Assembly: GCA_964016885.1 (NCBI GenBank)
Contig: OZ024745.1
Span: forward strand, 84,816,001-84,880,000
DNA from: Eledone cirrhosa
Lineage: Eukaryota
Length of the DNA stretch: 64,000 nucleotides
Direction of reading: 5' to 3'
In this document: positions 47,871 through 63,289 of the stretch, piece by piece
Layout: each line of letters begins with the position of its first letter
Position numbering within the stretch: the first letter of the stretch is position 1
Program-made: the position numbers and the translations under genes
The notes under the pieces: model-generated
Told to the model about the DNA's origin: nothing
Database searches by the model: none
What the model saw: the letters and a program-made list of their open reading frames with translations, nothing else

Positions 47871-47887
47871 CATATATATATATATAC

Positions 47888-48024
<137 letters not shown>

Positions 48025-48051
48025 AACATATATATATATATATATACATAA

Positions 48052-48092
<41 letters not shown>

Positions 48093-48112
48093 CATACATA
48101 TATATATATATA

Positions 48113-48385
48113 TAGTTATGTAATAAACAACATAAGACGATTATTCCATTTACCAGTGGTTTCTTAAAGGCAAAAGATTTTGCTTTCAATCCCCAGAATG
48201 AAAAAATCCTGGTCTGACCAGGAGTTTTTCATTCTGACAATTGAAAGCAAAATCTTTTGCTTTTAAGAAACCACTGGTAAATGGAATAATTGCCTTATGT
48301 TGTTTATTACATAACTATTAAGCTCTGTTACCTATATAGAGCACTCTTTTTTCTGGACTTTTCCGACGGAATTACTTCATTTATA
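48113..48385. repeat. Second copy of the double-HHR palindrome
   Basis: HHR-like arms at 48145-48202 (-, CTGGGGA) and 48228-48285 (+, CTGACAA). Confidence 0.9.
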
Positions 48386-48414
48386 TATATATATATACAT
48401 ATATATAAATATAT

Positions 48415-48485
<71 letters not shown>

Positions 48486-48517
48486 TATACATACATATAT
48501 ATATATATATACATATA

Positions 48518-48579
<62 letters not shown>

Positions 48580-48799
48580 CATATATATGTATTTACATAC
48601 ATATATATATGCATATATATATATGTATATATATGTATATATACATACATATATATATATACATACATATATATATGTATATATATACATATATATATAT
48701 ATACATACATATATATATGTATATATTAATAAAAGGAATTCCCACTTTGTATATACACATACTGTTGCAAATTGCAAACTTGACTGTCACCGCACATTA

Positions 48800-48838
48800 T
48801 GAACCTGAAGATTGCGAAAGCATGAAAGTACATGTTCA
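48800..48838 (+). ncRNA. Minimal hammerhead ribozyme (cleavage triplet mutated), within element 48722-49010
   Basis: TGAAC-CTGAAGA-TTGC(GAAA)GCAT-GAAA-GTAC-AT-GTTCA. Confidence 0.6.
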
Positions 48839-49032
48839 ATTAACACTTAACATTTAATATTCTATCATACTATTTCATTATAATACCATTATACATTTTA
48901 AAGGATTGTAAATAAAACGAGTAAATCAGACAAAGTTGGAATTCGTTTTATTAATATAATCTTCTATACACAATCATACACACCCGTATATATTTATCTA
49001 TCTATATATCTATATATATCTTTATATATATG

Positions 49033-49063
<31 letters not shown>

Positions 49064-49194
49064 GTATATATATATGTATATATATATATGTATAAACATA
49101 TATGTATATATATATGTATATATTAATATATATATGTTTATATATATATATGTATATATATATGTATATATATATTTATGTATATATATATATG

Positions 49195-49259
<65 letters not shown>

Positions 49260-49274
49260 GTGTATATATATATG

Positions 49275-49313
<39 letters not shown>

Positions 49314-49398
49314 GTATATTTATGTATATATATAAATATGTATATTTATGTATATATATATATATATATATATGTACATATATATATGTATATTTATG

Positions 49399-49431
<33 letters not shown>

Positions 49432-49438
49432 GTATATG

Positions 49439-49469
<31 letters not shown>

Positions 49470-49564
49470 GTAGGAGGTGAGTTTTATTGTAGTACAATAA
49501 AGCAATGCAGATATCGGATTATACATAATATATAAGATCAAAAGATGGTTAAAAGAGTTCCATG

Positions 49565-49635
49565 TATTTTATTATGCGCATTTCAAAAACAAATATCATC
49601 ATGCAATAACATTTGTGTTTTCATCAGATAAAATA
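49565..49635 (-). ncRNA. Minimal hammerhead ribozyme, same family as 10382, within fragment 49469-49692
   Basis: Minus strand reads TATTTTAT-CTGATGA-AAACACAAATG...TATTTGTTTTT-GAAA-TGCGCA-TA-ATAAAATA. Confidence 0.8.
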
Positions 49636-49693
49636 GGAAGACGTGATATGAAGGTTAAAAAACACTTGTGAATAGTGCAGTTTTAAATCAACA

Positions 49694-49838
<145 letters not shown>

Positions 49839-49897
49839 ATGTGTATATATGTGTGTGTGTGTGTATGTATATGTATGTGTGTGTGTATGTATGTGTG

Positions 49898-49936
<39 letters not shown>

Positions 49937-50208
49937 GTATGTGTATGTATGTGTGGATGAAGGTATGTGTGTGTATATTGCTTCCACCCCCTCACTGACC
50001 AGCAGCTGGCTATTGCTAAATCTGACCTTTATATAATAACCCACACCCCAAATAACTTCTCATTCACTACCAGAAAGGGACACAGCAGTCAACCTGTTGT
50101 TGCTACCTAGATGAAAACTGCTATGAAATCCCACAATGAATTTTATACTTGAATTTTCAAGTCTCAAATTTTAACTCTTCGTATTATTAATTTTTCTTAA
50201 TATTAATC

Positions 50209-50256
50209 AACATTTGAAAAGATGGCTTTTGCAGACCCATCGAAACCGGTCATTTT
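50209..50256 (+). ncRNA. Minimal hammerhead ribozyme, U3:A8 core
   Basis: AT-TTGAAAA-GATGG(11 nt)CCATC-GAAA-CCGG-TC-AT. Stem I is weak. Confidence 0.6.
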
Positions 50257-50392
50257 TTATACCCTTTATTATTTCCTTACCTTATAAAATTATGTTTTTT
50301 CACAAAAAAGTATTCTGTCTCTTATATATTCCATGTGCCATTACCAACCTCAATTTTCTCTATAACCTTCGTTTTGTGTAGAAAATTACACT

Positions 50393-50455
<63 letters not shown>

Positions 50456-50457
<2 letters not shown>

Positions 50458-51276
50458 ATAAAGAATTCATATCTAGTAACATATATATACACACAGATGC
50501 ATATCAATGCTAGCAAATATATAGGGTTTGTCTTAATAACAGCATGGTTCAATGCATGGGGTTGCAGAACAATAATATAAGGAACGCAAAATAAGAAAAT
50601 TATAAAATTAACTTACTTACTAAAATATCACTTACAACTAATTAGTTTCTGGAATGGAGTAAATATATTTTCCGAAGAATAATATGGAGAAGCATTCCGT
50701 CGTCAGGAAAGTCTATTCTCATGTAAGTTTCCAGGCAAAGCGAGGACACTGGAAACTTACTAAAAAATAATTCAGTGGATAGGAAATAGCAAAGCGTGGA
50801 CTGAATTCCAATCCATTGAGAAAATCACTGCCTCTACGTCTGTGGCAAAATCAAAAAGAATCGAACACGTGACATCGAGGTCAATCAGTGGAAAGTGGTT
50901 TGCTAATAAGACAGCGGCCTGCCTACAACCGTAGCAGCAGTCATGGCCAGTATTGTTCGACAAATAATTTGAAGATAATAATAAAGAATTCATATCTAGT
51001 AACATATATATACACATACGGATGCATATCAATGCTGGCAAATATACAGGTTTTGTCTTAATAACAGTGTGGTTCAATGCATGGGGTTGCAGAACAATAA
51101 TATAAGGGACGTAAAATAAGAAAATTATAAAATTAACTTACTTACTAAAATATCACTTCCAACTAATTAGTTTCTGGAATGGAGTAAATATATTTTCCGA
51201 AGAATAATATAAAGAAGCATTCCGTCGTCAGGAAAGTCTATTCTCATGTAAGTTTCCAGGCAAAGCGAGGACACTG
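50456..51276 (-). mobile_element. Diverged relative of the 558-bp unit: ~524-bp period, ~1.6 copies, HHRs at 50631-50711 and 51156-51236
   Basis: Shares GGTTCAATGCA...TGCAGAACAATAATATA, CAACTAATTAGTTTCTG and CCAGGCAA with the 558-bp unit. HHR (minus) reads TTC-CTGACGA-CGGAATG...CATTCCA-GAAA-CTAATTAG-TT. Confidence 0.85.
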
Positions 51277-51309
51277 ATGTATGTATATATATATATATAT
51301 ATGTATATG

Positions 51310-51577
<268 letters not shown>

Positions 51578-53100
51578 GGTTATACTTGGGGAGGGTCATA
51601 TTTGTGTAATATTGCCAGAATTAATAACAGAACACACTCACTGTTTGGTTGGTTTTCGCTTCTCGCTGTCTTTTATATCTGCGATCTAACTTAATCGGTC
51701 CTCAATGTTGCCATTGACTGACCGACGGTCAAAAATAATACAGATACAATATAGACACAAACACATATATATAGTTTACATAATTTACATAAATCTTTCG
51801 TTGCACATCTGCAACATCGTCAGTGGTGTTATATTTTTTCCTCCTGTTGTGTTGTATGTCTACGCCATTTTTTATTCAGTCTGTCTATATATTTATTTAT
51901 TTATTTGCTTGTTTGTTTATTTTATTTTGTCTTCTTTGCGCATGCGTTTGCGTGTGTGTATAGTGTTACGTTTGCTGTGTGACTAGTGTGTATAGTGTTG
52001 TGTCTGCTGGGTGGCTAGTGTGTGTTTATGTGCTTGTTGTTATTGTGCTTGTGTATGTATTTATTTATCTTATTTTATTTTATTTTATTTACTTATTTAT
52101 ACTTCTCTTAGGTCAGTCTTGTTTGTTTGGGTATTGCTGTTGTTCCACTCATTCTTTCTGTTTAGCTTTGGTCTTCTAATTTCTATTTCACTGGCCTCTC
52201 TGATTTGCCTATCTGCTGGGTCATTCCTATGTTTAGATATTATTCTAATTTCTATGTTGTCTATGTTACCGTCATGTTGTTGTCTAGCATGTTCGTATAG
52301 TACTGACCCGTTTTTTCGTCCTTTAAGGTCCCCCCAGTGTTGGTCTATCCTTTCACCTATGCTACGAGATGTTTCGCCTATGTATGTTGTTGTCATGTTT
52401 CTGCAAGTACCCTCTGTACATCTTATGCTATAGACTACGTTTCTAGTTTTACAGTTTATCCGGGGTTCACCTTACATATGATACATTTCCTATTGGTACA
52501 GTGGGTTTTCTTAAAGGGGTAGGTTTTGCTGATCAGGGATTTTATGGTGGTTCCTGGCTTTTCTACCACCTTTATTTTTAAGTGGGTCTTTCTCAGGGCC
52601 TTTCTACACTGTTTAGCTAATTTCCCTCCAGGGGTGGCGTCCACAAACATGACACTGATATCTCTGGTTGTCGTACCATGATGTGGCCTTCCCTATCTTA
52701 TGTCTAGCCCTATCTAAGCTATTCCATGATTTGCTCCTGTATAATGGGCAAATTCCTTTCATGTCCAGTTCTATGAGGGTCTTATACTTTTCCATGGCTC
52801 CTTCGTATACTCTGACCCTGTCTCTTTGGTTGTTGCCAGAGAACTGCATGCGGTTGATGAAGTGTTGGATGTGTCTTTCCATTTCTGTTGGGTCGCACAT
52901 GCTGGACACATTCTTCATCACTCGTACCAAATCTGCGATCAGAATATTAAACTTAGCACTACTGGACATTGCTGAGTTTTCGAGTATCAGGTATTTGGAG
53001 GCCATGGTTTAGCATAGTGTGAGTGGAGAATTTGGGCTCTCTCGTCTATAGTGTTAATCCAGAGTTCTGTGTCTAATACAGGTAGTCTATTGTTAGGGTG
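51578..53100 (-). mobile_element. PLE 3' half (RT thumb, GIY-YIG, pLTR), frameshifted
   Basis: Motifs NRLPVLDTELW, MFVDATPGGKLA, IKVVEKPG, CIIC and YIGETSRSIGERIDQH. The pLTR matches 6690-7175. Confidence 0.88.
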
Positions 53101-54175
53101 TTTCAAAACGAATGCAATAGGCATTTCAAGAAGAAATTAGAATGGATGAATAAGAAAAAACTACAAGAAAGGAAAACCGAATATTCTCAAAAATACCCAG
53201 ATAACATCGACAATATCCGTATGACTGATGTAAAACTACCGGAATAATTTACCAATGACCACACAGTAAATATCTATGGGAACACTTTGATCAGTGAACA
53301 AGAACAACAAATCCTACGGTTACCACCAAAATTTGCCATCTACAAAAAGATTAACCCCATGGAGTGCAAAACGGAGCTGGAAAAGTGTTTCACAAAAATA
53401 CGTTGGAATGCAAAGGTAAACAACAACAACAATAATAACGGTAGTAGTAATATAAACAATAACTCTGGGTATAGAAATAACAGCCATAACCATAACAATG
53501 GCAGGAAAATGAGAAATAGTGATAATGGTAATAATACTAGCGATAGACAGAACAACAACAACCACAATAATAATAATAATAGAAACATTAACCACAGACA
53601 CAGCAACAGCGACCACAGTAGTAATAACGGTAACAATACGAACAACAACAACAATAACCACAGTGGTAATAATGGAAATAGTACATGTAGCAACATCAAC
53701 AAAAACAAGAAACATAATAATAGTAACAACCACAATGGTAGAAATAACAGTAACAACAACAAAAGCAGGAGCCTATCCAACTGCATAATAGGAAGCATGG
53801 ATGTGGTGTCACTGTACCCATCCATTAACATTGATTTTGCCGTGAAAAGATGTGTGGAGATGATCATCGAGAGTGAGGTGGAGTTCTGCGACGTCGACAC
53901 AGACGAACTGGGCCTCCTACTTAGACTTACCTACGACACTGACTACCTAGACAGCCATGACCTTAGATGTTTCTGCCCTAAGGTAGACCCCCCACCATAA
54001 CCTCAATGGCAAAAAAGACTCCCATGGGAAGGTGGATTGGGTGGACCAAAGCTATACGGACCCCCCAAAACAATGATCAGGTAAGAAAAATGGTCGCACA
54101 TGCAATAGGGGCTAGTATCAAAACTACCCTAAAGGGCCACATATTTAAGTTCAATGAGAAAATCTACACCCAAAA
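53101..54175 (+). pseudogene. Inverted 5' segment of a PLE ORF with an Asn-rich tract
   Basis: Motifs ILRLPPKFAIY, ELEKCFTKIRW, an N-rich run, IIGSMDVVSLYPSI (RT motif A) and [12 protein letters not shown]. Confidence 0.8.
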
Positions 54176-54289
54176 TATATATATATAAATATGTATATTT
54201 ATGTATATATATATATATATATATATGTACATATATATATATGTATATTTATGTATATATATATATGTATATATATGTATATGTATATA

Positions 54290-54334
<45 letters not shown>

Positions 54335-54485
54335 ATATGTATATATATATATATATGTATGTATATATATATATAAATATGTATATTTATGTATATATAT
54401 ATATATATATGTACATATATATATATATGTATATTTATGTATATATATATATATATGTATATATATGTATATGTATATATATATG

Positions 54486-54522
<37 letters not shown>

Positions 54523-54529
54523 GTATGTA

Positions 54530-54583
<54 letters not shown>

Positions 54584-54682
54584 GTATATATATATATATA
54601 TGTATATAATCAATAACAAAGAACGCCTGTTGGATAAGTGGAGTGTTATACACCCCTGATCCTCTCCCTAATATACTATATG

Positions 54683-54754
<72 letters not shown>

Positions 54755-54881
54755 CTTTTATATATATATATACATATATATATATACATACATATATATA
54801 TATACATATATATATATATACATACATATATATATATACATATATATATATACATACATATATATATACATATATATATAT

Positions 54882-54987
<106 letters not shown>

Positions 54988-55562
54988 AACTAACTTAAGG
55001 ACTCACCCACTGACATACACTCAAAAAAAAATTTTGCCCTCACGCCACCTACATCCACAACACGCATAAACACCACACACACACGTGCGCACCACCACAT
55101 ATTTACACACTCAGCCTCCGGAATCCTCTCCCCCCAACTCTCTGATCCCTCCCCATCCACACACGCACCCACACCGACCTACACCCCACCCCACACATAC
55201 ACCTCTTCCTGAACATGCAACCCCGTTCTTCCACCAACTATTACTTTCACATACACACGCACACACACACACGTACATCTACACACACACACACCACCTT
55301 CAGCCCTCCCCGCTCGGACACCCCGCCTCCCTCTCCCCACTCTACCCACCACAACCCCTACACGCCCCACACCTTCCACCACCTGTTTTACTTCATGTTT
55401 ATTTTTATTTTTTTTATTTTTTTATTTATTTACTTTTTTTTTTTAAATTATGCTTTTATATTTAATTTCATTTGTACCGTTTCCTCTCACCCCCTTTTTT
55501 ATATATGTCTCTCCACCACTCCCCTACACACCCTTGGAACTCTCTTCCCACACACTTTTCAC

Positions 55563-55593
55563 CTGAATAAGGGCTTATGCCCGAAACGTCGTT
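55563..55593 (+). ncRNA. Degenerate minimal HHR in the 5' pLTR
   Basis: CTGAATA-AGGGC(TTAT)GCCC-GAAA-CGTC. G8 is mutated. Confidence 0.5.
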
Positions 55594-56129
55594 CCCTACC
55601 ACCACCCCACTCTCAAGAGCGTGAAACTAATAAACCTTTGTTCGTACTGCCTCTCTGTTTTGTTCCCGTTCAATTTTTTACTATACAATACACGCTCCCA
55701 CGGCTTCCCTACCTTTGGAATATACCTTGACTACCGGCTCAACCCCGATGTAATCCGCCGTGACCACTCTCTGAACTTTCCACACACCTTCCCACAACTT
55801 GTTTTTTCCTTTCTTTGCATTACCTTTGATTGATTTATTTACTGTACTTGTTTATTTTTGTCTATGATTTTTTGTCCATGATTGCCTGTGCTTTTACGAT
55901 TGTATTTCTTTCTATGATTTTTTGTCCATGATTGCCTGTGTTTTTACGATTATGATTTTTTGTCTATGATTTTCCTGTGAATACTCTCCTCTCCTTACGT
56001 TATTTCTGTTTGATTTTCCCTTCCCCGTCTCTGCCTATCACACGCACTCACCCCTTCGTTCAAACCCCCACCCCCCGCTTCACACACCTGCTTTCTCATT
56101 CCTCCCCCTGCTTTCACTCAACGCCCACC

Positions 56130-58398
56130 ATGCCCAGTCTGAGATCCTTTCTCCATCAACTCCACACTAGCCTCAAACTTTTCCTCACCCCCTCCTCCTA
56201 CCCTGCTATCTCCCCTCGGCCCTTCAACTCTCCTACCTTCTATTCGCCAAAACCCGGCACTCCAGCCACATCCATTTCCTCAGCCACTGCCTCCACCTCC
56301 ACCTTATCCCCCTCGGCTTCCATCTACACTTCCACACTCCCCCCCCGCTTCCCCCTCCAACCAACGTATCCTCACCCGATCCTCGCGCCTCCTAATGCGC
56401 AACTCCATCCGCGCCTCCCGCTCCACCATCCGAAAACTTGACTACCAACTGACCCCCACCCTCCTCCGCTTTAACTCCACCTCCCACCCCCTCCTCGCCC
56501 ACGCCATCCTCATCTTCATCCAAAACCTCAACCACGACCTCTTCTCCTTCCTCACCTCCACTAAAGCCCGTAATCTACACTCACTCCTCCCAACCACCCC
56601 AATCCACCACCACCCGCCCATCCCTATGAGTCCCACACACCCATCCCACCCATCGCCACCACTCTCCCTCCCTCCCTCTACCCACACCCCTACCCAATCT
56701 CCACCCTCTACCTCAGCCCTCACCACACCCTCCCTTCCTCCCTCACACACCCAAACCCCACCACTTGTTGTCACCATACCCCCTGACCTCCCCCTCTCCG
56801 CACCTGAGCGCTCACTCCTTAGTAGAGGCCTTCGCTTCATACCCCACATTCCGCACCCGAACGGAAGTCGAGCGCACATTTCGGTCAAACGCCTCCGGCT
56901 CCGAACGCACCGGACCCGTTTCTCGCCCTGGGCCGATGACCATCTTCTTGGACGCCAGCCCCAGGGCAATTTAACACTCTGGACGCGTTCGTCGATGCCA
57001 GCCGTAGCGCCGTAAATCGTTTCGACTTCCGCAACCATTCCAAACGGAATAACATCTCACGGGGCGAACTCCTCGCTCTCCGCTCCCTCCAAAGCCGAGA
57101 TGACTTCGTCATCAAACCGGCGGACAAGGGAGACGCCGTGGTGGTGTGACGCGCGCGGACCTCTACACGGCCGAAGCCCTCAGAAGCTCCGTAACCCCCT
57201 CTTCTACCGCCCTCTACACTCCGATCCCACACCCCTCTACCAACAACAAGTTTCCTCCACCATCCAACACCTTGTCTCCTCCTCCTCCCTCCCCCCACCG
57301 CTTCCCACCTCATCGTCCGCACCCCCCGCACCCCCACCATCTACTTCCTCCCCAAACTCCACAAACCCGACAACCCCGGCCGCCCCATCGTCTCCGCTTG
57401 CAACTGCCCCACCGAACTCATCTCCGCCTTTCTTGACTCCATCCTCGCTCCCCTTGTCACCACCCTCCCCTCTCACATCTCCGACACCAACCACGCCCTG
57501 CGCCTTTTCGACTCCTTCATCTACCCACCCAGCCCACAGCCCTTCCTCTTCACCCTAGATATTAAGTCCCTCTCTACCGTCATCCCCCACAACGACGGCC
57601 TACGTGCCCTCAAGTACTACCTCGACCTTCGCCCCTCCCAGGCCCTTTCCAGGCCCTTTCCCAAGTCAGCCCCTCCCAGGCCCTTTCCCAAGTCAGCCAT
57701 TTCATCCGCAGAGGTTACCCCCCTCTCTCGTCCACACCGCTCTCACCCGCACCCGTGCTGTCCACTGCTCCACCATCCTCACCCACGCCACCGCACACCC
57801 ACCCACCGTCTCCCCTTCCCCATCACCTACCACCCCTCCACCATACCCCTCCACCGCACCATCCTCCGTCTCTTTCGACGCCTCCAGTCCGACCCCTCCA
57901 CCTCCCACATCTTCCCAGCCCCACCACTCCCCTCCTTCAAAAGCACACGCAATCTCCACACCTTCCTCATCCACAGCTCCCTACCCCCCAAACCACGCTC
58001 ACCCCGGTTCCCTTCCCTGTTCCAGGCCCCGTTTCAACACCTGTCCCCACATCACCAACACCACCACCTTCCAGGGTCACAACGGCCACTCTCTCTCTGT
58101 CCGGCATACCTTCCGCTGCACCACCTCCAACCTAGTCTACGGACTTCGCTGCACGGAGTACAGCGCAACCTACGTCGGACAGACTGGACGTCGCCTGGCG
58201 AACCGCTTTACCGAACACCTCCGAGATATTCGTCTCGGTGGTAGTTCCCCCATCGCCCGCCACTTTGGTGCCCCTGGACATTCCGCACACCACCTTACTG
58301 TCTGTGGCCTACTCCAATGCCACGGAACACCCGCCACTCTCCTCAGGGTCGAACAACGAACCATCTTCATCCTACAGACCCACACTCCCCCGGCCTGA
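56130..58398 (+). pseudogene. Internally deleted PLE RT + GIY-YIG
   Basis: Motifs DLPLSAPERSLLSRGLRFIP, VIKPADKGDAVVV, YFLPKLHKPDNPGRPIVS, FTLDIKSL and FRCTTSNLVYGLRC...YVGQTGRRLANRFTEH. The RT core is missing after ~57640. Confidence 0.88.
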
Positions 58399-59735
58399 AC
58401 TCCCCACCCTTATTCCTTTAGCCTTCGACCGCCCCCCTCCCCCCACACATATCCCCCACTAACACCACTAACACACCCCTCCTTTTCACCGCCCATCCCA
58501 CAACTAACAATACTAACACCTCCACCCCACATCCGACCACCCTTCCCCAACTAACATACTAACATCCCTCTCTTCTTCTCCCCTCTCCCCTTATCACACG
58601 CACACACCCACCGGTACATATTTACACGCGCTCACACTAAACACACACCCTACTACCACCACTAACCCTCACCCCCACACATCCACCCCACCACCCCGCA
58701 ACTAACATCACTAACACCCCCTACCCTACGCACACGAACACACACACCCACTTACACCACCCACTCTACACACCCTACCACCACTGACCCCCACTCACAC
58801 CCGCATTCAACCCTTTCCCCACCTCCAGTATACTACTACCCACTAACACCCCCTTCACCACACACACACTCATCCAAACACGCACACACACACCAGTGCA
58901 CTAAACTCCCTCCACCGGCCCCACACCATTCTCTCCCCGCTCCACCCACACCGTTTCCCACACCACACACATCCCACTAACACCTCTACTAATGCACACG
59001 CACACCCTTCTCACTCCAACTTTCACACCTACCCATCCTCTCCCCTGTCCACCGCACCTCCGCACACACTGACACACCGATTTTCTTCACTTACCATTCT
59101 ACCCGGATTACACATATTGAACATCGATCCCTAGAATCCACCACATCCCAAGGATATTACCCAGCATTCGACCACATCCTCTACGGAACTACCTTAAGGA
59201 CTCACCCACTGACATACACTAAAAAAAATGTTTTCCCACACGCCACCTACATCAACAACACGCATAAACACCACACACACACGTGCGTACCACCACATAT
59301 TTACACACTCAGCCTCCGGAATCCTCCGGAATCCCCCCACCCCTCTGACCCCTCCCCATCCACACACACACACACACACCTCTTCCCGAACATGCAACCC
59401 CGTTCTTCCCCCAACTCTTACTTTCGCATACACATACACACACACACACACCTACACACACACACCACCTTCAGCCCTCCCCGCTCGGACACCCCGCCTC
59501 CCTCTCCCCACTCCACCCGTCACCACCCCTACACGCCCACACCCTTCCACCACCTGTTTTACTTCATGTTTAATTTTTATTTTATTTTATTTTATTTATT
59601 TATTTTTTAAATTTTTTTAATTATGCTTTTATATCTAATTTCATTTGTACTATTTCCGCTCACCCCCTTTTTTCTATATGTCTCTCCAACACTCGCCTAC
59701 ACACCTTTCGAACTCTCTTCCCACACTCTTTTCAA

Positions 59736-59766
59736 CTGAAGAAGGGCTTATGCCCGAAACGTCGTT
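59736..59766 (+). ncRNA. Minimal HHR core in the 3' pLTR
   Basis: CTGAAGA-AGGGC(TTAT)GCCC-GAAA-CGTC. Stem I is not obvious. Confidence 0.6.
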
Positions 59767-59851
59767 CCCCACCACCACCCCACTCTCAAGAGAGTGAAAC
59801 TAATAAACCTTTATTCGTACTGCCTCTCTGTTTTGTTCCCGTTCAATTTTT

Positions 59852-59999
<148 letters not shown>

Positions 60000-60148
60000 A
60001 CATATATATAAATATACATATATATATATTTATACATATATATATATATACACATATATATATATGTATAAATATATATATATACATACATATGTATACA
60101 TACATATATATATGTATATATATATATATATGTATGTATATATATATG

Positions 60149-60184
<36 letters not shown>

Positions 60185-61032
60185 TGTATGTATATATAAT
60201 ACAATAACAGAGATAGTTTAAAGCTAAACTCTGACTGGTAACCATCTCACTCAACAAACATTAGGTTATATTAAAATATAAGCCCAATTTAAGTGTTTGG
60301 GGTGCTAACAATATGTATAATGTGGAAAAACCAGTTGTATTATTTTATGAGATATAATTAAAGTTAAAGTATATTTCTCTTTCCAAACAATTGTTTCATT
60401 ATAAGTTTTCTACAAGTTTGGGAGAATGTTTCCAGTTTATGCAGAAGCCTAATATATATTCATGTAAGAATATATTTAGGTGGGCACTTATAAATCATCA
60501 GTGGAAGCCCGTTAAACATTGATATAAGAAAACAATTTCTTACCGCTGTCAAAAATCATGTCCGTAAAGTTGCTCTCTCTCACCTCGAATGACCGCCAAA
60601 TTTGAAATTCCGGCAGTTTTTGACTGAGGAAGTATCATAGCGACACGAAGCGGGAAGGGGAGACAACCCACAATCCACGAAATGAGGAAAAAAAATAATA
60701 TACACGCGGGTTAATTAGTTTTTTTGAAAACTTTATCAATCCAACGTGTTTAAGAACTCAATTGAAAATAAAAAAATAAATATATGCTTGTATAAGTTAC
60801 ACACGCATATAGATATTTTCTTAGGCTATATCAGAAATTGTACCCGAATAAGAACCGCTTCTCATAACCGCAGTAAATGAAGAAAGTTATGCTGTAAAGG
60901 GCAAATGGGAATATAATTCTCCGGCCGAATTATTAAGAGTAAAATATAAAACACACGCGGGTTAATTAGTTATTTCAAAACCAATATTAATTCCTCGTGT
61001 AAAGAACTCAATTAATAAAAGAAAATAAATAC

Positions 61033-61153
<121 letters not shown>

Positions 61154-61185
61154 TGTATGTATGTATGTATATATATATATATATA

Positions 61186-61558
61186 TTCTAGCAGAAGGAA
61201 AACTCTGATATAACACCTGCAACCCTGATGGTATCCAATGATGTTGACCTGTTCTTCTTTTTGGTAAATATCATTTTGGTTAAGAGAGTGGGACTGGCTT
61301 TGTGCAGTGCCTTTGCTCACTATAAAAGCTTCACGGCACAGGCATTGCTTTATATCTGGAGATCTCTCTGCACTTGTCGTCACATGGTACCATGGGCCCA
61401 CCACTATGTGTCAATAATTGTCACAAGTGTAGTGTTTGTACCAGAGTTTTCAAGTCGCTGGCTGGACTAAAAAGCCACACTCGTTCAGCGCTTCGGTAGA
61501 AGTTCTCCTACATGGATATAAAGTAGTGGCCGTACTCGAAAACGAGTTGGCAGCCACC
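61186..61558. repeat. Second copy of the unclassified repeat at 23146-23478
   Basis: Direct sequence similarity to 23146-23478. Confidence 0.75.
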
Positions 61559-61563
61559 ATATA

Positions 61564-61646
<83 letters not shown>

Positions 61647-61660
61647 CCACATTTCCTTCG

Positions 61661-61700
<40 letters not shown>

Positions 61701-61774
61701 CGAAGGAAATGTGGTAAGGAACTAGGTGGACCATCACGCACCAAAGTACTCAATACTTAGGGTAGTAGGGTGGT

Positions 61775-62027
<253 letters not shown>

Positions 62028-62034
62028 GTATATA

Positions 62035-62190
<156 letters not shown>

Positions 62191-62643
62191 TTCAAGAGTA
62201 ACCGATCTTAAAGAGAGAGATTGAGATAGTAGAGGAGATATGAGAGGAAAGATTGGTGAGTTAGTTAGAAGCCAAAGCGTAAAGGCTTGTGCACAATGTG
62301 CAATATGCAGTAGAAAGCAGCTCGGTGGCTGGGTTCATGCAGAGGTTAGGTGCGCAGAGCTGGAAATATTCATTAGTTAAGCAAAACAAGAGCACAAATT
62401 TCACAAGGAAGACATTATTAAAAGATTGTCAACATATTTAGTTTGATGTAAGGAATGTAGAGAATAATAATAATAATAATAATATTAATAATAATATTGC
62501 CCGTTTACAATTGTTTCGCTACTCTGTATAATATTTCTGGATCAGATGACTATTTATCATAATTGATCTGGTTCAGTTGAAAATAATTAACATATTTAAA
62601 AAAAACAGAGTGGCTCATCGGAACTCAAAGGAATATAAATTAA

Positions 62644-62836
62644 AATAATTGTTTCTACCTTTGGCACAAGGCCAGCAATTATCCAGTACATTACTGGTAC
62701 TTTATTTTATCGACCCCGCAAGGATGAAAGGCAAAGTCAACCTCGGCGGGATTTGAACTCAGATCGTAAAGGGACGTAACTATGCTGGAAAGCATGGCGT
62801 CCGACCCTCTACCGATACTGCCAATCCACCGCCCTT
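62644..62836 (-). mobile_element. Full-length tRNA-derived SINE
   Basis: Minus strand starts AAGGGCGGTGGATTGGCAGTATCGGTAGA, with B box GTTCAAATCC. Same family as 5230 and 41481. Confidence 0.87.
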
Positions 62837-63289
62837 ATAAATTATAATATAAATTAAAATAAATATAAATTAAAATAATATTACATAATATAATGTTCCA
62901 TATATTAGTTTTAACTATGGTGCCTTTGTTTCATGAGCTGTCAGACATAATCACGCAGTACTCATCTGTCGAGGCTGCCTATGGGTAACAAAATGGCTGC
63001 CAAAGGGCATATTTACCTTACTAATTAGAGGGTGATTTCAGGGGAAGTAACTTCTCGAGAGATTAGAGATTGTGTGTATTTTATAGTTATGTGCTAGTAT
63101 TTAAATTATTTAATTGAGAGACAATGTAGGGGAGGTAACTTATAATTATCGAGTTGTTCATAGCAATTTAACTTATTAGCTCCAATTAGAGATGGGGCTA
63201 CATGACTAAGTTGGGTCAAAAACTCTATTGGCGAAGGAATTAGCCCTTCGATGTTGACAGCTAATGGTTACCTCCGTTCTATCGTTAAT

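Noticed and set aside
57140-57155. In-frame TGA as selenocysteine in a PLE
   Set aside because: It falls at what appears to be a Trp position (TGG to TGA) in an already broken ORF, and no SECIS is evident.
60200-61030. Possible promoter or HHR (CTGAGGA at ~60624); ~250-bp-spaced repeat CACGCGGGTTAATTAGTT
   Set aside because: No consistent stems and no assignable feature.
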